NCBI GenBank assembly: GCA_050633305.1
Contig: JBOEGF010000021.1
Span: forward strand, 50,496 to 114,495
DNA length: 64,000 bases
Origin: Nannocystales bacterium
GTDB lineage: Bacteria; Myxococcota_A; Polyangia; Nannocystales; Nannocystaceae
Reading direction: 5' to 3'
Shown here: in pieces, positions 18,619 to 29,585 of the stretch
How the letters are laid out: the number at the start of each line of letters is the position of its first letter
How positions within the stretch are numbered: the first letter of the stretch is position 1
Translations under genes and position numbers: made by a program
The notes under the pieces: model-generated
The model's input: the letters and a program-made list of their open reading frames with translations, nothing else
Told to the model about the DNA's origin: nothing
The model's database searches: none

Positions 18619-19223
18619 GGGTCTCCCGCGTGGGTGCCCGCAACACCGGAGCTGCAGTCGGCACCTGCAGCCTTCGCGGCATCGAAGCTCGCTCGAATCA
18701 GGGGGGCGTAGCGGACGACGTCGTGACCGATCCGCTTCACGCGGTCGCGTACCTGATCGGACACGAGCGTATCGCCGTCGAAGTCGCCGGGCTTGCCGAC
18801 GGCGTTGAACGGGAGCGTGAAGCCGTGGCACCAGCTGAAGCTGTTCTTCACCGAAGTGATCGACATGTCGCCGCCTCCGCCTCCTGTCGTCGCGATGACG
18901 CCTGCGAATTTTCCGGCAAGCTCGAGGTAGAGGAAGTCGAACCAGTTCTTCAGCGCTCCGCTCATGTTGCCGTGGTACTCGGGCGTGAGCAGGATGAAGC
19001 CGTCCGCCTCGGCAGCTTCGCGGCGCAGCTGTGCGACCGCAGGCAGCGTGGACTGCCCGGCGTCCTGCGTGCACATCACCGGAATGCTTCGCTCAGAGAG
19101 GTCGCACCGGGTGACTTCAGCGCCGGCCTCCACGGCGGCAGCTTCCGCTTCGCTGGCCAGTGCAGCCAATCGCCCGCCGGGGGCGGTGGATCCCAACACG
19201 ATGATGATGCGCGGACGCTTCAC
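18615..19223 (-). CDS. NAD(P)H-dependent FMN reductase (flavodoxin-like fold)
   Basis: IVLGS...; ADGFILLTPEYHGNMSGALKNWFD; LAGKFAGVIATTGG. Confidence 0.9.
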   Translation of the reverse strand: MKRPRIIIVLGSTAPGGRLAALASEAEAAAVEAGAEVTRCDLSERSIPVMCTQDAGQSTLPAVAQLRREAAEADGFILLTPEYHGNMSGALKNWFDFLYLELAGKFAGVIATTGGGGGDMSITSVKNSFSWCHGFTLPFNAVGKPGDFDGDTLVSDQVRDRVKRIGHDVVRYAPLIRASFDAAKAAGADCSSGVAGTHAGDP

Positions 19224-19282
19224 GGCGCGATGGTAGCGTTTCTGGCTTCGGCGCCAAGCCGTCGGGGGTTACGCTGGCGGTC

Positions 19283-19993
19283 GTGGAGGTCTACGTTGGC
19301 ACCAGCGGCTACCAGTACGACTTTTGGCGGGGAAGCCTCTATCCCGAGAAGTGCAAGAAGGAAGACATGCTCGCGGCCTACGCGGAGCACTTCCGGACCG
19401 TCGAGGTCAACAACACCTTCTACCGGATGCCCAAGCGGGAGGTCGTTCAGCGGTGGGCTGACGCGACACCCGACGACTTCCGGTTCGTCATCAAGGCTTC
19501 AAAGAGGATCACACACAAGGACCCTCTGACCGACGCGGACAGTTTGGCCTACCTGTTCAGAGTGCTCGAGCCCCTGGGCGACAAACTGGGAGCGGTGCTG
19601 TTCCAGCTTCCCCCGTACCTGCGCAAGGGCGTCGACCGTCTCGCTGCGTTCCTCGGGATGCTCCCCGCCGATGCTCCGGCGGTGCTCGAGTTCCGTCACG
19701 TGAGCTGGTTCTGCGAGGAGGTCTACGACGCGCTGCGTTCGGGTCCGGCGGCGATGAGTCTCGGAGACTTCGAGGGCAAAGGCGGAGATGCGTTGTCCGA
19801 GGGTCGAATGCCCAACGTCGCAACGGCTCCGTGGGGGTACGCACGGCTTCGCGAGGACGACTACGACGCGGCAGGACTCGAGACCTGGTCGACCGCGCTG
19901 TCCCTGGAGTGGGAGCGTCTCTTCGTGTTCTTCAAGCACGAGGAGACCGCGCCGTCGAACGCCAAGGCCTTTGCGGGCCTGTTTTCTGCGTAG
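19283..19993 (+). CDS. DUF72 family protein
   Basis: YVGTSGYQY, TVEVNNTFYRMP, FVIKASKRITH, LFQLPP, EFRHVSW. Confidence 0.92.
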   Translation: MEVYVGTSGYQYDFWRGSLYPEKCKKEDMLAAYAEHFRTVEVNNTFYRMPKREVVQRWADATPDDFRFVIKASKRITHKDPLTDADSLAYLFRVLEPLGDKLGAVLFQLPPYLRKGVDRLAAFLGMLPADAPAVLEFRHVSWFCEEVYDALRSGPAAMSLGDFEGKGGDALSEGRMPNVATAPWGYARLREDDYDAAGLETWSTALSLEWERLFVFFKHEETAPSNAKAFAGLFSA

Positions 19994-20066
19994 TGTCCCA
20001 ACCCACGGGGCGGCGGTCAGCGCGACTGGTCGTATCCCAACTCGTTGCTACACTCCGCCCGCTCGC

Positions 20067-20369
20067 ATGCCCACCCACTACAAGGCACACACCTTTCAAG
20101 CGTCCGACACGTGGGAGACGGTCGACACGTACTGGAGCAGCCCTTTGTCATATTGGGCCATGAAGAGCATGCGGGTCGAGCCTGCGGTGCGGCTGAGGGT
20201 GGTCGTCCTGCGCCGCGAGGTCGCCGCCTCGGACGAAGGCTGGATCAACTACGGGGGCCTCAGTGCGGTGCTTGTCCAGTCTGTTCAGGCTCGGGGGCGC
20301 GCCGGACAGAAGATCCGTGCCATCATCAACGACGGTACGATCGACGAAGATGGCGAGATTCGTGACTGA
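20067..20369 (+). CDS. Small hypothetical protein
   Basis: ~100-aa ORF with strong GC3 bias; TGATG coupling to the next gene. Confidence 0.65.
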   Translation: MPTHYKAHTFQASDTWETVDTYWSSPLSYWAMKSMRVEPAVRLRVVVLRREVAASDEGWINYGGLSAVLVQSVQARGRAGQKIRAIINDGTIDEDGEIRD

Positions 20370-21849
20370 TGACTGACAGGTCCCTGCTGCGGTGGTGCAT
20401 GGGCGCGGGGCTCCTGGTATGCGCCGGCTGCTTCGACGGCCGAGACGCACTCGGGCTGCCGTGCGAGAAGGACTTCCAGTGCGGCAACGGCCAGGTCTGC
20501 GCCAGTGGTGTGTGCGCATGGCCGGGCGATGTCATGGGCAGTGACTCGACGACAGAGGCGACAGAGGCGACAGAGGCGACAGAGGCGACAGAGGCGACAG
20601 AGGCCACCACGTCCGCGTCATCTGGCACGACGAGTTCGTCAAGCACCACCACCACGGGGGGACCAGGGCCGAACTCTTCCTGTCTCGACGGAGGGAAGTT
20701 CATCAGCCGGGAGATCTCGATCGACGGGTCAGGAAATCCGATGTCGGTCGCCGCCGGGCGTTTCTCGATGGACGACGAGACGGACGTTGCGGTGTTGACT
20801 CGGTCCCCGGCTCGACTCTCGGTTTTTCGCTTCGATGGCGCGTCCTTTCAGCTTCTCAATGACGCCGACATCGGCATCCAGCCGATGGACCTCGCGGTGG
20901 GGTCGCTTGATGACGATGCGTTCGATGATGTCGTCGTCGTAGACGGAGGCGACGATCTCGCCCACGTCACGTTGTTCTGGGGAGCTCCGGCGGGGTTGTT
21001 CTCCGAGGTGCAGACGTCGTTCGACCAGAGCATCGCGTTTCCGTATAGCGTCGGGATTGGTCGCATGTTGGCCGCTGGCGGCCCTCAGTTCGTCGTCTCG
21101 AGTGGAACGTCCGGGAACGGAAGCGTGCTGTTCAGAATGGTTGGGCGGCAGCCGGAACGCGTCTCGACCTCCGTCGGCGTGTCGCCGTCTCCGTGGGACA
21201 CCGTGTTGGTCGACCTCGATGGTGCGGATCCGCTGGAGGCGCTTGTTGTCGGCTCGAATGACGCAGGTCTGGATGCTGGGTCGTTTCCTGGCAGTGACCA
21301 CGTCCATCTGTTCGAGGGCTCCGGGGGAGCGCTCTCCCGCTTTCAAGCGTTGGACGCTGCCCACAGCCCCTTCGGCGTCGATGCCGGCGATCTCGATGGA
21401 GATGGCATCCCCGAGGTACTCGTCGTGGGCAAGAACATCGACATGCCCGCCGAGGTGCCGGAGAAGTCGAACAATCCCAGCGAGATTAGTATCTGCTCTC
21501 GCGACAGCTTCGAGGAAGCGCTGGTCTGCGAGACGTGGGAGCCTGGTCCGGACCACATCGGGTATAGCAACGTTCGTCTTGCGGACCTCGACGCCGACGG
21601 GGAACTCGATGCTGTGATTGGGACGTCGGGCGGCACGGAACCCTTGGACGGACAGCTCCTCGTGGCGTGGGGTCCCCTCTCACCCGACTTTGTGCCAGTG
21701 GAACTCGCCGACACGGGCTCGATCGGAAACAAGATGGCCATCGCCGATGTGACCGGCAATGGCGCGCTCGACATCGTCGTCCCTCTGTACGGTTCGGAGG
21801 GCGGCACTCAGGGGATTGTCCGCGTCTACTCGTGCGAGGAGGAGCGCTC

Positions 21850-21853
<4 letters not shown>
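20369..21853 (+). CDS. FG-GAP/VCBS-repeat lipoprotein
   Basis: Lipobox CAGC, Cys-rich segment CEKDFQCGNGQVCASGVC, T/E/A linker, repeats AGDLDGDGIPEV, ADLDADGELDAV, ADVTGNGALDIV. Confidence 0.88.
20551..20604 (+). repeat. 9-bp tandem repeat (GACAGAGGC)x6 encoding (TEA)n
   Basis: Read directly from the sequence. Confidence 0.95.
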
Positions 21854-22731
<878 letters not shown>

Positions 22732-22746
22732 CGCCTGGCCGGCTCG

Positions 22747-24204
22747 CTAGGTGCCGTCGCCTGGCGCCTGATCGAACACACCGCGGAAGACTCCATCCTC
22801 GTCGGGCTTGGGACCACTGTGCTTCTTCTTGGCACGTTGCCGCTTCGCCGACGGCACGCTGCCGCTTCGCGCCCCCTTCGTGTTCGGCTCACTCGGTTTG
22901 GGCGCCGGGGCTGGCTGGGCAACCGGGGCGGGGCTGCGCACGCTCGGCGCGGTGGCTGGCTGGGGCTGCACCGGGGGAGAGGGGGCACGAACCGGAGGGA
23001 CCGGAGCCGGGATAGGGGGGACCGCCTCCGGGGCGGAGGGGACCGTGGGGTTTGGGACCGTGGTCGGTTGGGACCAGGCGGCGTACAGCGCGGCCAGAAC
23101 GCCAAGGCCGACGAGCGTGGACACGAGCGCAACGACAACCCCGCGACGATCCGGCTGTGGCGTGGACTCTGGTGCGGCTTGGGGGTCCACAAGGCGTGCG
23201 GTGAACTCGGGGACCAACCCTGGGACGGTGGGGCGGGACGCCTCCGTCGTCATGCCCGGAGGAGCGACGGGCACATGTCCCGGTGCGAGGGCTGTGCGTT
23301 TGTTGGGTCGTCCTGCGGCTCGCGCCAACGCGGAGATTAACTCCTCCATTGACCGAAAACGGTCATCGGGGTCCTTGGCCAAGCAGCGCTCGATGGTCCG
23401 CGCGAGCCCCGGTGGAAGCGTGCTGGGGAGGGGGGGCGGCTTGCGATACAGGTGCGCTTCGAGTCGTTCGAAGAGTTCTCCCTCGAAGACCCGACGCCCG
23501 GTGAGGAGCTCGTGCGCGACACAGCCGAGCGCGTAGATGTCTGCCCGACCATCGGCGGGCTTTCCTCGGATTTGTTCGGGGGACATGTACCCCGGTGTTC
23601 CGAAAACGCTTCCCGTTGCGGTCAGTTTGGCGGTGCGGGAATCGAGCGTGGTACGGCCCGCGATCCCGAAGTCTATGACGGTGGCGTGCTCGGGCGGGCC
23701 CGGGCTGACAAACACGTTCTCGGGTTTGAGGTCTCGGTGGACCACGCCTTTACGGTGCGCTTCCGCGAGCGCGTCCGCGATCTGCTGGACCAGCGACACG
23801 GCGCGCGGCCAGGGAAGCGCTCCATCATCCCGGACGACCTGCTGCAGCGTTTGCCCCGAGAGGAGGCTCATCGCGAGGAACGGAACTCCGGTGGGCAGCT
23901 CGCCAAAATCCGTGATGTCGATGACCCCGGGGTGCTGGATGGTCGCGACAACCTGGGCTTCGCGCAGGAAGCGTGCGCGCTGTCGGTTGGTGGCGAGCTC
24001 GGCGGCGCGGAGCAGCTTCAGCGCCATTGGCCGGCGCAACGCGATGTGCTCCGTCTGCCAGACTTCGCCCATGCCCCCCACCCCGAGGAGCTTCACGAGC
24101 TTGTAGCGCCCATCGACCAGGTCCCCGGCCCGCAGGGAAGGTGTCTCGACAGTGGTCGACACGCCCTCCCCAGGCAGGGTGTCGTCGTCAGAGCCCGAGG
24201 CCAC
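22747..24204 (-). CDS. Single-pass membrane Ser/Thr protein kinase
   Basis: LGVGGMGEVW, MALK, HRDLKPEN, DFGIA, GTPGYMSPE; TM helix VVVALVSTLVGLGVLAALY; Pro-rich tail. Confidence 0.93.
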   Translation of the reverse strand: MASGSDDDTLPGEGVSTTVETPSLRAGDLVDGRYKLVKLLGVGGMGEVWQTEHIALRRPMALKLLRAAELATNRQRARFLREAQVVATIQHPGVIDITDFGELPTGVPFLAMSLLSGQTLQQVVRDDGALPWPRAVSLVQQIADALAEAHRKGVVHRDLKPENVFVSPGPPEHATVIDFGIAGRTTLDSRTAKLTATGSVFGTPGYMSPEQIRGKPADGRADIYALGCVAHELLTGRRVFEGELFERLEAHLYRKPPPLPSTLPPGLARTIERCLAKDPDDRFRSMEELISALARAAGRPNKRTALAPGHVPVAPPGMTTEASRPTVPGLVPEFTARLVDPQAAPESTPQPDRRGVVVALVSTLVGLGVLAALYAAWSQPTTVPNPTVPSAPEAVPPIPAPVPPVRAPSPPVQPQPATAPSVRSPAPVAQPAPAPKPSEPNTKGARSGSVPSAKRQRAKKKHSGPKPDEDGVFRGVFDQAPGDGT

Positions 24205-24270
24205 GGATCAAGGGTAGCGGCATGCCCGCCGCCACGCACATCCGTGAGTCTCGGTGCGACTCCAAGGGGC

Positions 24271-25026
24271 TCAGATATGCGCCGAAGCGCACTCGTCGAG
24301 TTCCTTGAGGGTGTTCGACTTGTTCACGCATTCGAGTTCGGCCTTGGTGCCTTGATCCACGCACGAGGACACCACGTCGTCCCGAACCTCTTCGAGGACC
24401 TCTTTGACGTGCTCGGCGTGCTCGGCCGCGTCCTCCATGGACAGCTTCTCGAACTTGTCGAACAGGGTGGTGCACTGCTCCTTTGTGAGCCCGTCCCCAT
24501 GGGGTTTGGCGTGAAGCTGCTCCTCGGCTTCGGCTTCCGCATCGTCGCAGATCTTGACGTCTGCGGCGTCGGTCGATTCCATCACGCACTTCGCCCACTC
24601 GCCGTAGAGCTCAGGCCCGATCAGTACGATGTGGTGCTCCGACTGGGAGACGCAGGACTTCTCGTCGTCGACGCTGCCCAGCTCCTTCATCTTCTTGCAC
24701 AGGGCCTGCACCGAAGGGAGCTTCTCCGCATGGTGGGAGAGGTCGCGCAATGCCTCGCCGTCGATCGCCTCGTCGGCCTCGAGGGCCGCGGCAGAGCGAG
24801 CGAGCACGCCGGACTTGTCGTGGCTGATGTCGAAGTGCTTCTCGGCTTTCTTGCCGTCGGCTTTCTTGCCGTCGGCTTTCTTGCCGTCGGCCTTCTTGCC
24901 GTCGGCCTTCTTATCGTCGGCCTTCTTATCGTCGGCCTTCTTATCGTCGGCCTTCTTGGCAGGCTCGGACTCGCAGGCGCAAAGGAGTCCAGCACACAGT
25001 AGAAGAGACAGGCGTAGGACGCTCAC
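24271..25026 (-). CDS. Cys-rich helical lipoprotein with KKADD/KKADG repeats
   Basis: Lipobox LCAC; paired Cys in helical segments. GTG start at 25026 preferred because TATGGT lies 7 nt upstream. Confidence 0.8.
   Translation of the reverse strand: MSVLRLSLLLCAGLLCACESEPAKKADDKKADDKKADDKKADGKKADGKKADGKKADGKKAEKHFDISHDKSGVLARSAAALEADEAIDGEALRDLSHHAEKLPSVQALCKKMKELGSVDDEKSCVSQSEHHIVLIGPELYGEWAKCVMESTDAADVKICDDAEAEAEEQLHAKPHGDGLTKEQCTTLFDKFEKLSMEDAAEHAEHVKEVLEEVRDDVVSSCVDQGTKAELECVNKSNTLKELDECASAHI
24842..24957 (-). repeat. 15-bp tandem repeat (~8 units) encoding (KKADD)3(KKADG)4KKA
   Basis: Read directly from the sequence. Confidence 0.93.
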
Positions 25027-25054
25027 GCCGCACACCATAGCAAGGCCGAAAATG

Positions 25055-25092
25055 AAAAAGCCGGCGCGGTCACAAAGGACCGAGCGCCGGCT
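25055..25092 (-). terminator. Probable intrinsic terminator of the 25115-25609 gene
   Basis: Hairpin AGCCGGCGC-GGTC...GACC-GA-GCGCCGGCT with an A5 run on its left, which is a U tract on the minus strand. Confidence 0.7.
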
Positions 25093-25114
25093 CGTTCAGC
25101 GGGGGAGTCTGCCT

Positions 25115-25609
25115 CTAGTTGGCCGACTCTTCTTTTTTCTTCTCGGGCTCTTGGTACCAAGCGAGCGGCTCGATGAGCTCGTCGAGCTTGTCGAAGTCGA
25201 CCTTGACGCCCTTCTCGGAGAACCAGAGCTCGTTGTTGGTCAACGGAGTGCGACGCTGCGCGATGAAGAGGATCGGCTCTGCCTTGCGGGAGTAGCCGAG
25301 CTGCACGATCGCGTTCTCGATCCACTTGCCCGAGTCACCGAAGGTGAACTCTTTGCGGAGCCGGTAGAACCCCTCGTGCTTCAGCTTCACCAGGGACTCG
25401 CCCCAGCCAAGTGAGGTGCTGGGAATTTTCACGCCCGGCATCTGGAAGCGCCATTGGTTGTTGACGTTGTTGACGGGCAACAGCACCGAGGCGGGAGCGA
25501 ACTCGCCGTCGGTCCGGATGAGCACGAGCAGGTCGGGAGCGATCTGGGCCTCGTGTCCGGGCAGGTATTGCGTCGTCTTATAGATTCCGGGCGAGTACTC
25601 GAACGCCAT
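25115..25609 (-). CDS. Hypothetical cytoplasmic protein
   Basis: Strong codon bias; MAFEYSPGIYKT start; followed by a terminator. No family recognised. Confidence 0.75.
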   Translation of the reverse strand: MAFEYSPGIYKTTQYLPGHEAQIAPDLLVLIRTDGEFAPASVLLPVNNVNNQWRFQMPGVKIPSTSLGWGESLVKLKHEGFYRLRKEFTFGDSGKWIENAIVQLGYSRKAEPILFIAQRRTPLTNNELWFSEKGVKVDFDKLDELIEPLAWYQEPEKKKEESAN

Positions 25610-25926
25610 GAGGGCCGGACCGTAGCCCAGCTCGCGCCGCGAGGGAACCACGGTGTTTGCACATCCGTGTCAGGCGGAATGGTTGTGAGAATGGACACGT
25701 GTGCAAGAGGCGGGCTTCGAAAGCGACGGTTCGCAGGCGCGGGCGGCTGACGGCGGGAGGAGCGGTCGCCCGCGACTTGTTCACACCAGCGGCAGATGGG
25801 CCCTCAAACAATCGGGATTCAAGCGTTTTCCCGCCCTCGACCCAACGTCGACGAAAAAAGTGAGCCCACACTGAGACAGAACTGCCCAGTGCGGTGACTG
25901 GACGTCGGGATGCAAGGAGACGGTCA

Positions 25927-28254
25927 GTGAACGGACGCATGCTTCGAGCGAGTTTCACCGCGGCGACCTTGATGGCGCTGCCAGGTTGCTACGAGTCGGT
26001 CGAGGTCGCTGATGCCGATGGCACCAGCGGTGGCATCGACATTGATGACGGGGAGTCGGGCGACGGCGGCGAGTCCGGGGGGGGAGTCGGCCTCGATGGC
26101 CCGGGGACGTGTCAGGAGACCAAGGCCTTCTTCCGCGAGGAAGTGTGGGCGCCCTTCATGTCCAGCCAGTGCTTCGCGTGCCACAACCCTCTGGGGCAGG
26201 CGAAGTACACGGATCTGGTCTTGCGAGCGAACGACGTGCCAGGGCACGCGGAGACCAACATCGCAGCGCTCCGCCATATCTCCCGGTTGGAGTTGGGTGG
26301 CGAGTCGTTGTTGCTGGTCAAGGCGCGTGGCGAGGACGCTCACGGTGGCGGTCCGCAGCTCATCGAAGGCGGTGAGGAGTACGAGGCTCTCAAGGAACTC
26401 CTCGCGCAGCTCGAGGAGGGGCCGACGGTGTGCGCCGACGATGCCGACGTGTTCGCGTACTTCCAAGGCGTCGAACTCATGGAGGCGTACGAAACCCTCC
26501 GACGGGTCACGTTTGCGATGGCTTCTCGGCTTCCGACAGAACTCGAGGTTTCGTTGGTGGACGAGGTCGGGCACGAGGCGATGGAGCCGATCATCGCCGC
26601 CATCGTTCAGCAAGACGCTGGGTTTGCCGCGCGTCTGCTGGAGATGTTCAACCAGACCCTGCTGACCGAGAAGTTCATCGGCGGGACCAAGGCCCTGGAC
26701 TTGCTCTCCGTTGACGATTGGCCGACCAAGAACTGGTACGACGCGATCGCGGATGACACCCTCCGCAACCAAGCTCGCAGCCGAAGCAACACGGCGCTGG
26801 CGCGGGAGCCTCTGGAGCTCATTCGGTACATCGTCCGCAATGGCCGACCGATGACCGAGATCGTGGATGCGTCCTATACGGTCGCAAACCCCTACCTTGC
26901 GCAGGTGTATGGACTCGACACGGCCGGCTTCGTCGACCTCGAGGACGAAGACGACTGGAAGCTCTTCAGCATCGAGGAATTCCCCCACGCAGGCGTGCTG
27001 ACGACGCCAGCCTATCTCGGTCGTTACCCGACAACCGACACCAACCGGAACAGGCAGCGTGCCAAGAAGACCCTGGAGTTCTTCTTGGCCACCGACGTGA
27101 TGAGTTTGGGTGCAAGGCCGATTGCAACCGATGCGGTGGCCGAGCACAACCCGACCCTCAACAATCCGCAGTGCACGAGCTGCCACGAGATCATGGACCC
27201 CGTCGCGGGGGCTTTCCTGAACTGGAACGACATCGGTCGCTACCGTCCACAGGAAGCATGGTTTCAAGACATGCTCGCTCCGGGCCTGGGCGAAGCGGTC
27301 ATGCCCGCGGAGGACTACGGCCACGGTTTGCAGTGGCTGGGGCAGCGAATCTCGGACGACGTCCGTTTCTCGCGGGCCATGGTCGACATGGTCTTCTACG
27401 GGTTGACCGGGCAAGAGGCCCTTCGGGAGCCGACCGACCCCAGCTCGCCCGTCTACCCCGCGGAACTCAACGCGTTCCATGTTCAAGACCGCGTGTTCTC
27501 AGACATCGCGGACGCCTTTGTCGACGAGGGGTACGACTACGTCACCTTGGTCACGCTCCTGGTCGATAGCGGCTACTTCCGGGCGAAGAACGTCGAAGCT
27601 GGAGCGGACGAGCTTCGTCAGGCCGAGCTCGCACCGTTGGGCGGTCTGCGGTTGGTGTCGCCAGAGCAGTTCCACCGAAGGCTCGCATCCGTGACGGGAT
27701 ACAGCTGGCTCGATGCGGGGGGCGGCGCGCTGCTGACCCGGGGGCGCCCCATGCACCTGATGTTTGGCGGGACGAACTCGGACAGCGTCGTAGAGCCCTA
27801 TGAGCAGGTCAACGGCGTCATGTCGAACATCGTCACTCGGATGGCCAACGAGATGGCATGCCGAGCGACGGCTGCTGACTTCGCCCTGGCCGCCGATCAG
27901 CGGCTGCTGTTTCCGCACGTGGAGATGACCGCAATCCCAGGGATCGACGACGCGGCGATCGAGGCCAACATCTTGTACCTGCACGAGCGAATCCTGGGCG
28001 AGAGGATTACGGCTGACGACCCCCGGTTCGCCGACACGCTCTTCTTGTTCGAGAACGTACACGCCGATGGGCTGTCGGGGATGGCCGTGGGCGAGTACCC
28101 CGCCACGCTGATCGGACCCTGCCAGCGCACGACGCATCCGCAGACCGGCGACCCACTCGAGACTCCGATCCTGGACGACTCCGACTACACCGCCCGCGCC
28201 TGGATGGCCGTCATCTCGGCCATGCTCGGCGACTTCCAGTTCATCTACGAATAG
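25927..28254 (+). CDS. DUF1588/DUF1592-like lipoprotein with two CxxCH motifs
   Basis: AAGGAG upstream of GTG 25927; lipobox LPGC; CFACH and CTSCH; HAGVLTTPAYLGRYPTTDTNRNRQRA; upstream of a DUF1501-like gene. Confidence 0.75.
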   Translation: MNGRMLRASFTAATLMALPGCYESVEVADADGTSGGIDIDDGESGDGGESGGGVGLDGPGTCQETKAFFREEVWAPFMSSQCFACHNPLGQAKYTDLVLRANDVPGHAETNIAALRHISRLELGGESLLLVKARGEDAHGGGPQLIEGGEEYEALKELLAQLEEGPTVCADDADVFAYFQGVELMEAYETLRRVTFAMASRLPTELEVSLVDEVGHEAMEPIIAAIVQQDAGFAARLLEMFNQTLLTEKFIGGTKALDLLSVDDWPTKNWYDAIADDTLRNQARSRSNTALAREPLELIRYIVRNGRPMTEIVDASYTVANPYLAQVYGLDTAGFVDLEDEDDWKLFSIEEFPHAGVLTTPAYLGRYPTTDTNRNRQRAKKTLEFFLATDVMSLGARPIATDAVAEHNPTLNNPQCTSCHEIMDPVAGAFLNWNDIGRYRPQEAWFQDMLAPGLGEAVMPAEDYGHGLQWLGQRISDDVRFSRAMVDMVFYGLTGQEALREPTDPSSPVYPAELNAFHVQDRVFSDIADAFVDEGYDYVTLVTLLVDSGYFRAKNVEAGADELRQAELAPLGGLRLVSPEQFHRRLASVTGYSWLDAGGGALLTRGRPMHLMFGGTNSDSVVEPYEQVNGVMSNIVTRMANEMACRATAADFALAADQRLLFPHVEMTAIPGIDDAAIEANILYLHERILGERITADDPRFADTLFLFENVHADGLSGMAVGEYPATLIGPCQRTTHPQTGDPLETPILDDSDYTARAWMAVISAMLGDFQFIYE

Positions 28255-28278
28255 GCCCCCACACAACGGAGAACGACG

Positions 28279-29544
28279 ATGAAACGACGTAACTTCTTCT
28301 CTTGGATGGCAGGCGCAGGCCTGTGTGCTGCAGGCCTTGGACGTGGAGCGAGCGCGGGCTTGGGCGCGGGGCAGTCCCCCCAAACCGGCGCGTACGAGGG
28401 ACCGTTCTTCGTGTCCTTTGCTGCCGACGGCGGATGGGATCCGACGGGATTTTGTGACCCGCATACGAACCTCCACCGTGGGTACGACGACAGTGGGATC
28501 GTCTCGCTCGGCGGCATTCGTTATGCCAACGTGGGTGACAACGCGGCATTCTTCGAACGGTTCGCGGATAAGCTGCTCATCGTCAATGGTCTCGACCTGA
28601 CGACCAACAACCACGCGGTCGGACGTCGCTACGTCAGCACCGGGAAACAGGATGAAACGCACCCGCACTGGGCGGCCCTCGCGGCTGGGACTCACGGCCC
28701 CGAACTCCCGCTCGCCTATGTCGCGGAGGCATCCCAGAGCGCATCCGAAGGGGTGGTCGCCCGAAGCCGAGTGTCGAACAGCAGCGTGCTCGCCGACCTC
28801 TCCTTCCCCGACCGCGTCAACCCGTCGAACCTCGAGGACCTCTCCACGTATCAGACCGAGCCCGCGCTCGACATGATCTCGCAGTGGCGGGGGTCTCGGC
28901 TCGACCGCACAGCCCGGGAGCAGCATCTCCCGCGGATCGCGAACGCGGCACAGAACCTCTCCACCGCGCGTCTGGGCTCCAGCGAACTCGAACTACTCGC
29001 GGAGTACCTGCCCGAGGCGCTCTCGAGTACGGGGATTCGCCAGCAGATGCAGGTTGCGCTTGCAGCCTACGCGGCGGGCATTGCGGTGTCGGCGACCTTC
29101 AGCATGGGTGGCTTCGACACGCACGACAACAACGACGCTCGCCAAGACAGTGCTCGCGCCAGCTTTCTGGGCGCGATCATGGAGTTCTGGGATGAGGCAG
29201 AACGCCTGGGGGTCTCGGATCGCATCGTCCTGTCCGTCGGATCCGACTTCGGACGAACCAACAGGTACAACGGCGCGAACGGCAAGGATCACTGGCCTGT
29301 CACGAGCATGATGCTGATGGGCCAGGGCATCGAGGGGAACCGAACCGTCGGCGCGACCGACGATGATCAATACGCGCTCCGTGTCGACCCCAAGACGCTC
29401 GAGCTCTCCGACGATGGGGTCACGCTGACGCCCGCGCACGTGCATGCCGAGCTGCGGAAACTATCGGGCGTCTCGTCGGAGCTCCGGGCTCGGTTCCCCC
29501 TGCCGACCGATCCCCTCGAAGGACGCATTCTGGGATCCGTCTGA
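28279..29544 (+). CDS. DUF1501-like Tat-exported protein
   Basis: MKRRNFF twin-arginine signal; GGWDP, GGFDTH, SDFGRT and GKDHW motifs; GGAG RBS. Confidence 0.88.
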   Translation: MKRRNFFSWMAGAGLCAAGLGRGASAGLGAGQSPQTGAYEGPFFVSFAADGGWDPTGFCDPHTNLHRGYDDSGIVSLGGIRYANVGDNAAFFERFADKLLIVNGLDLTTNNHAVGRRYVSTGKQDETHPHWAALAAGTHGPELPLAYVAEASQSASEGVVARSRVSNSSVLADLSFPDRVNPSNLEDLSTYQTEPALDMISQWRGSRLDRTAREQHLPRIANAAQNLSTARLGSSELELLAEYLPEALSSTGIRQQMQVALAAYAAGIAVSATFSMGGFDTHDNNDARQDSARASFLGAIMEFWDEAERLGVSDRIVLSVGSDFGRTNRYNGANGKDHWPVTSMMLMGQGIEGNRTVGATDDDQYALRVDPKTLELSDDGVTLTPAHVHAELRKLSGVSSELRARFPLPTDPLEGRILGSV

Positions 29545-29585
29545 CCGCAGGCCGTCGTTGCTCGTCGGTCACTGCTGCTAGGACA

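Noticed and set aside
24842..24957. Regular repeats that might be taken for a CRISPR array
   Set aside because: Units are contiguous with no unique spacers, lie in frame inside a lipoprotein gene, and no cas genes are nearby.
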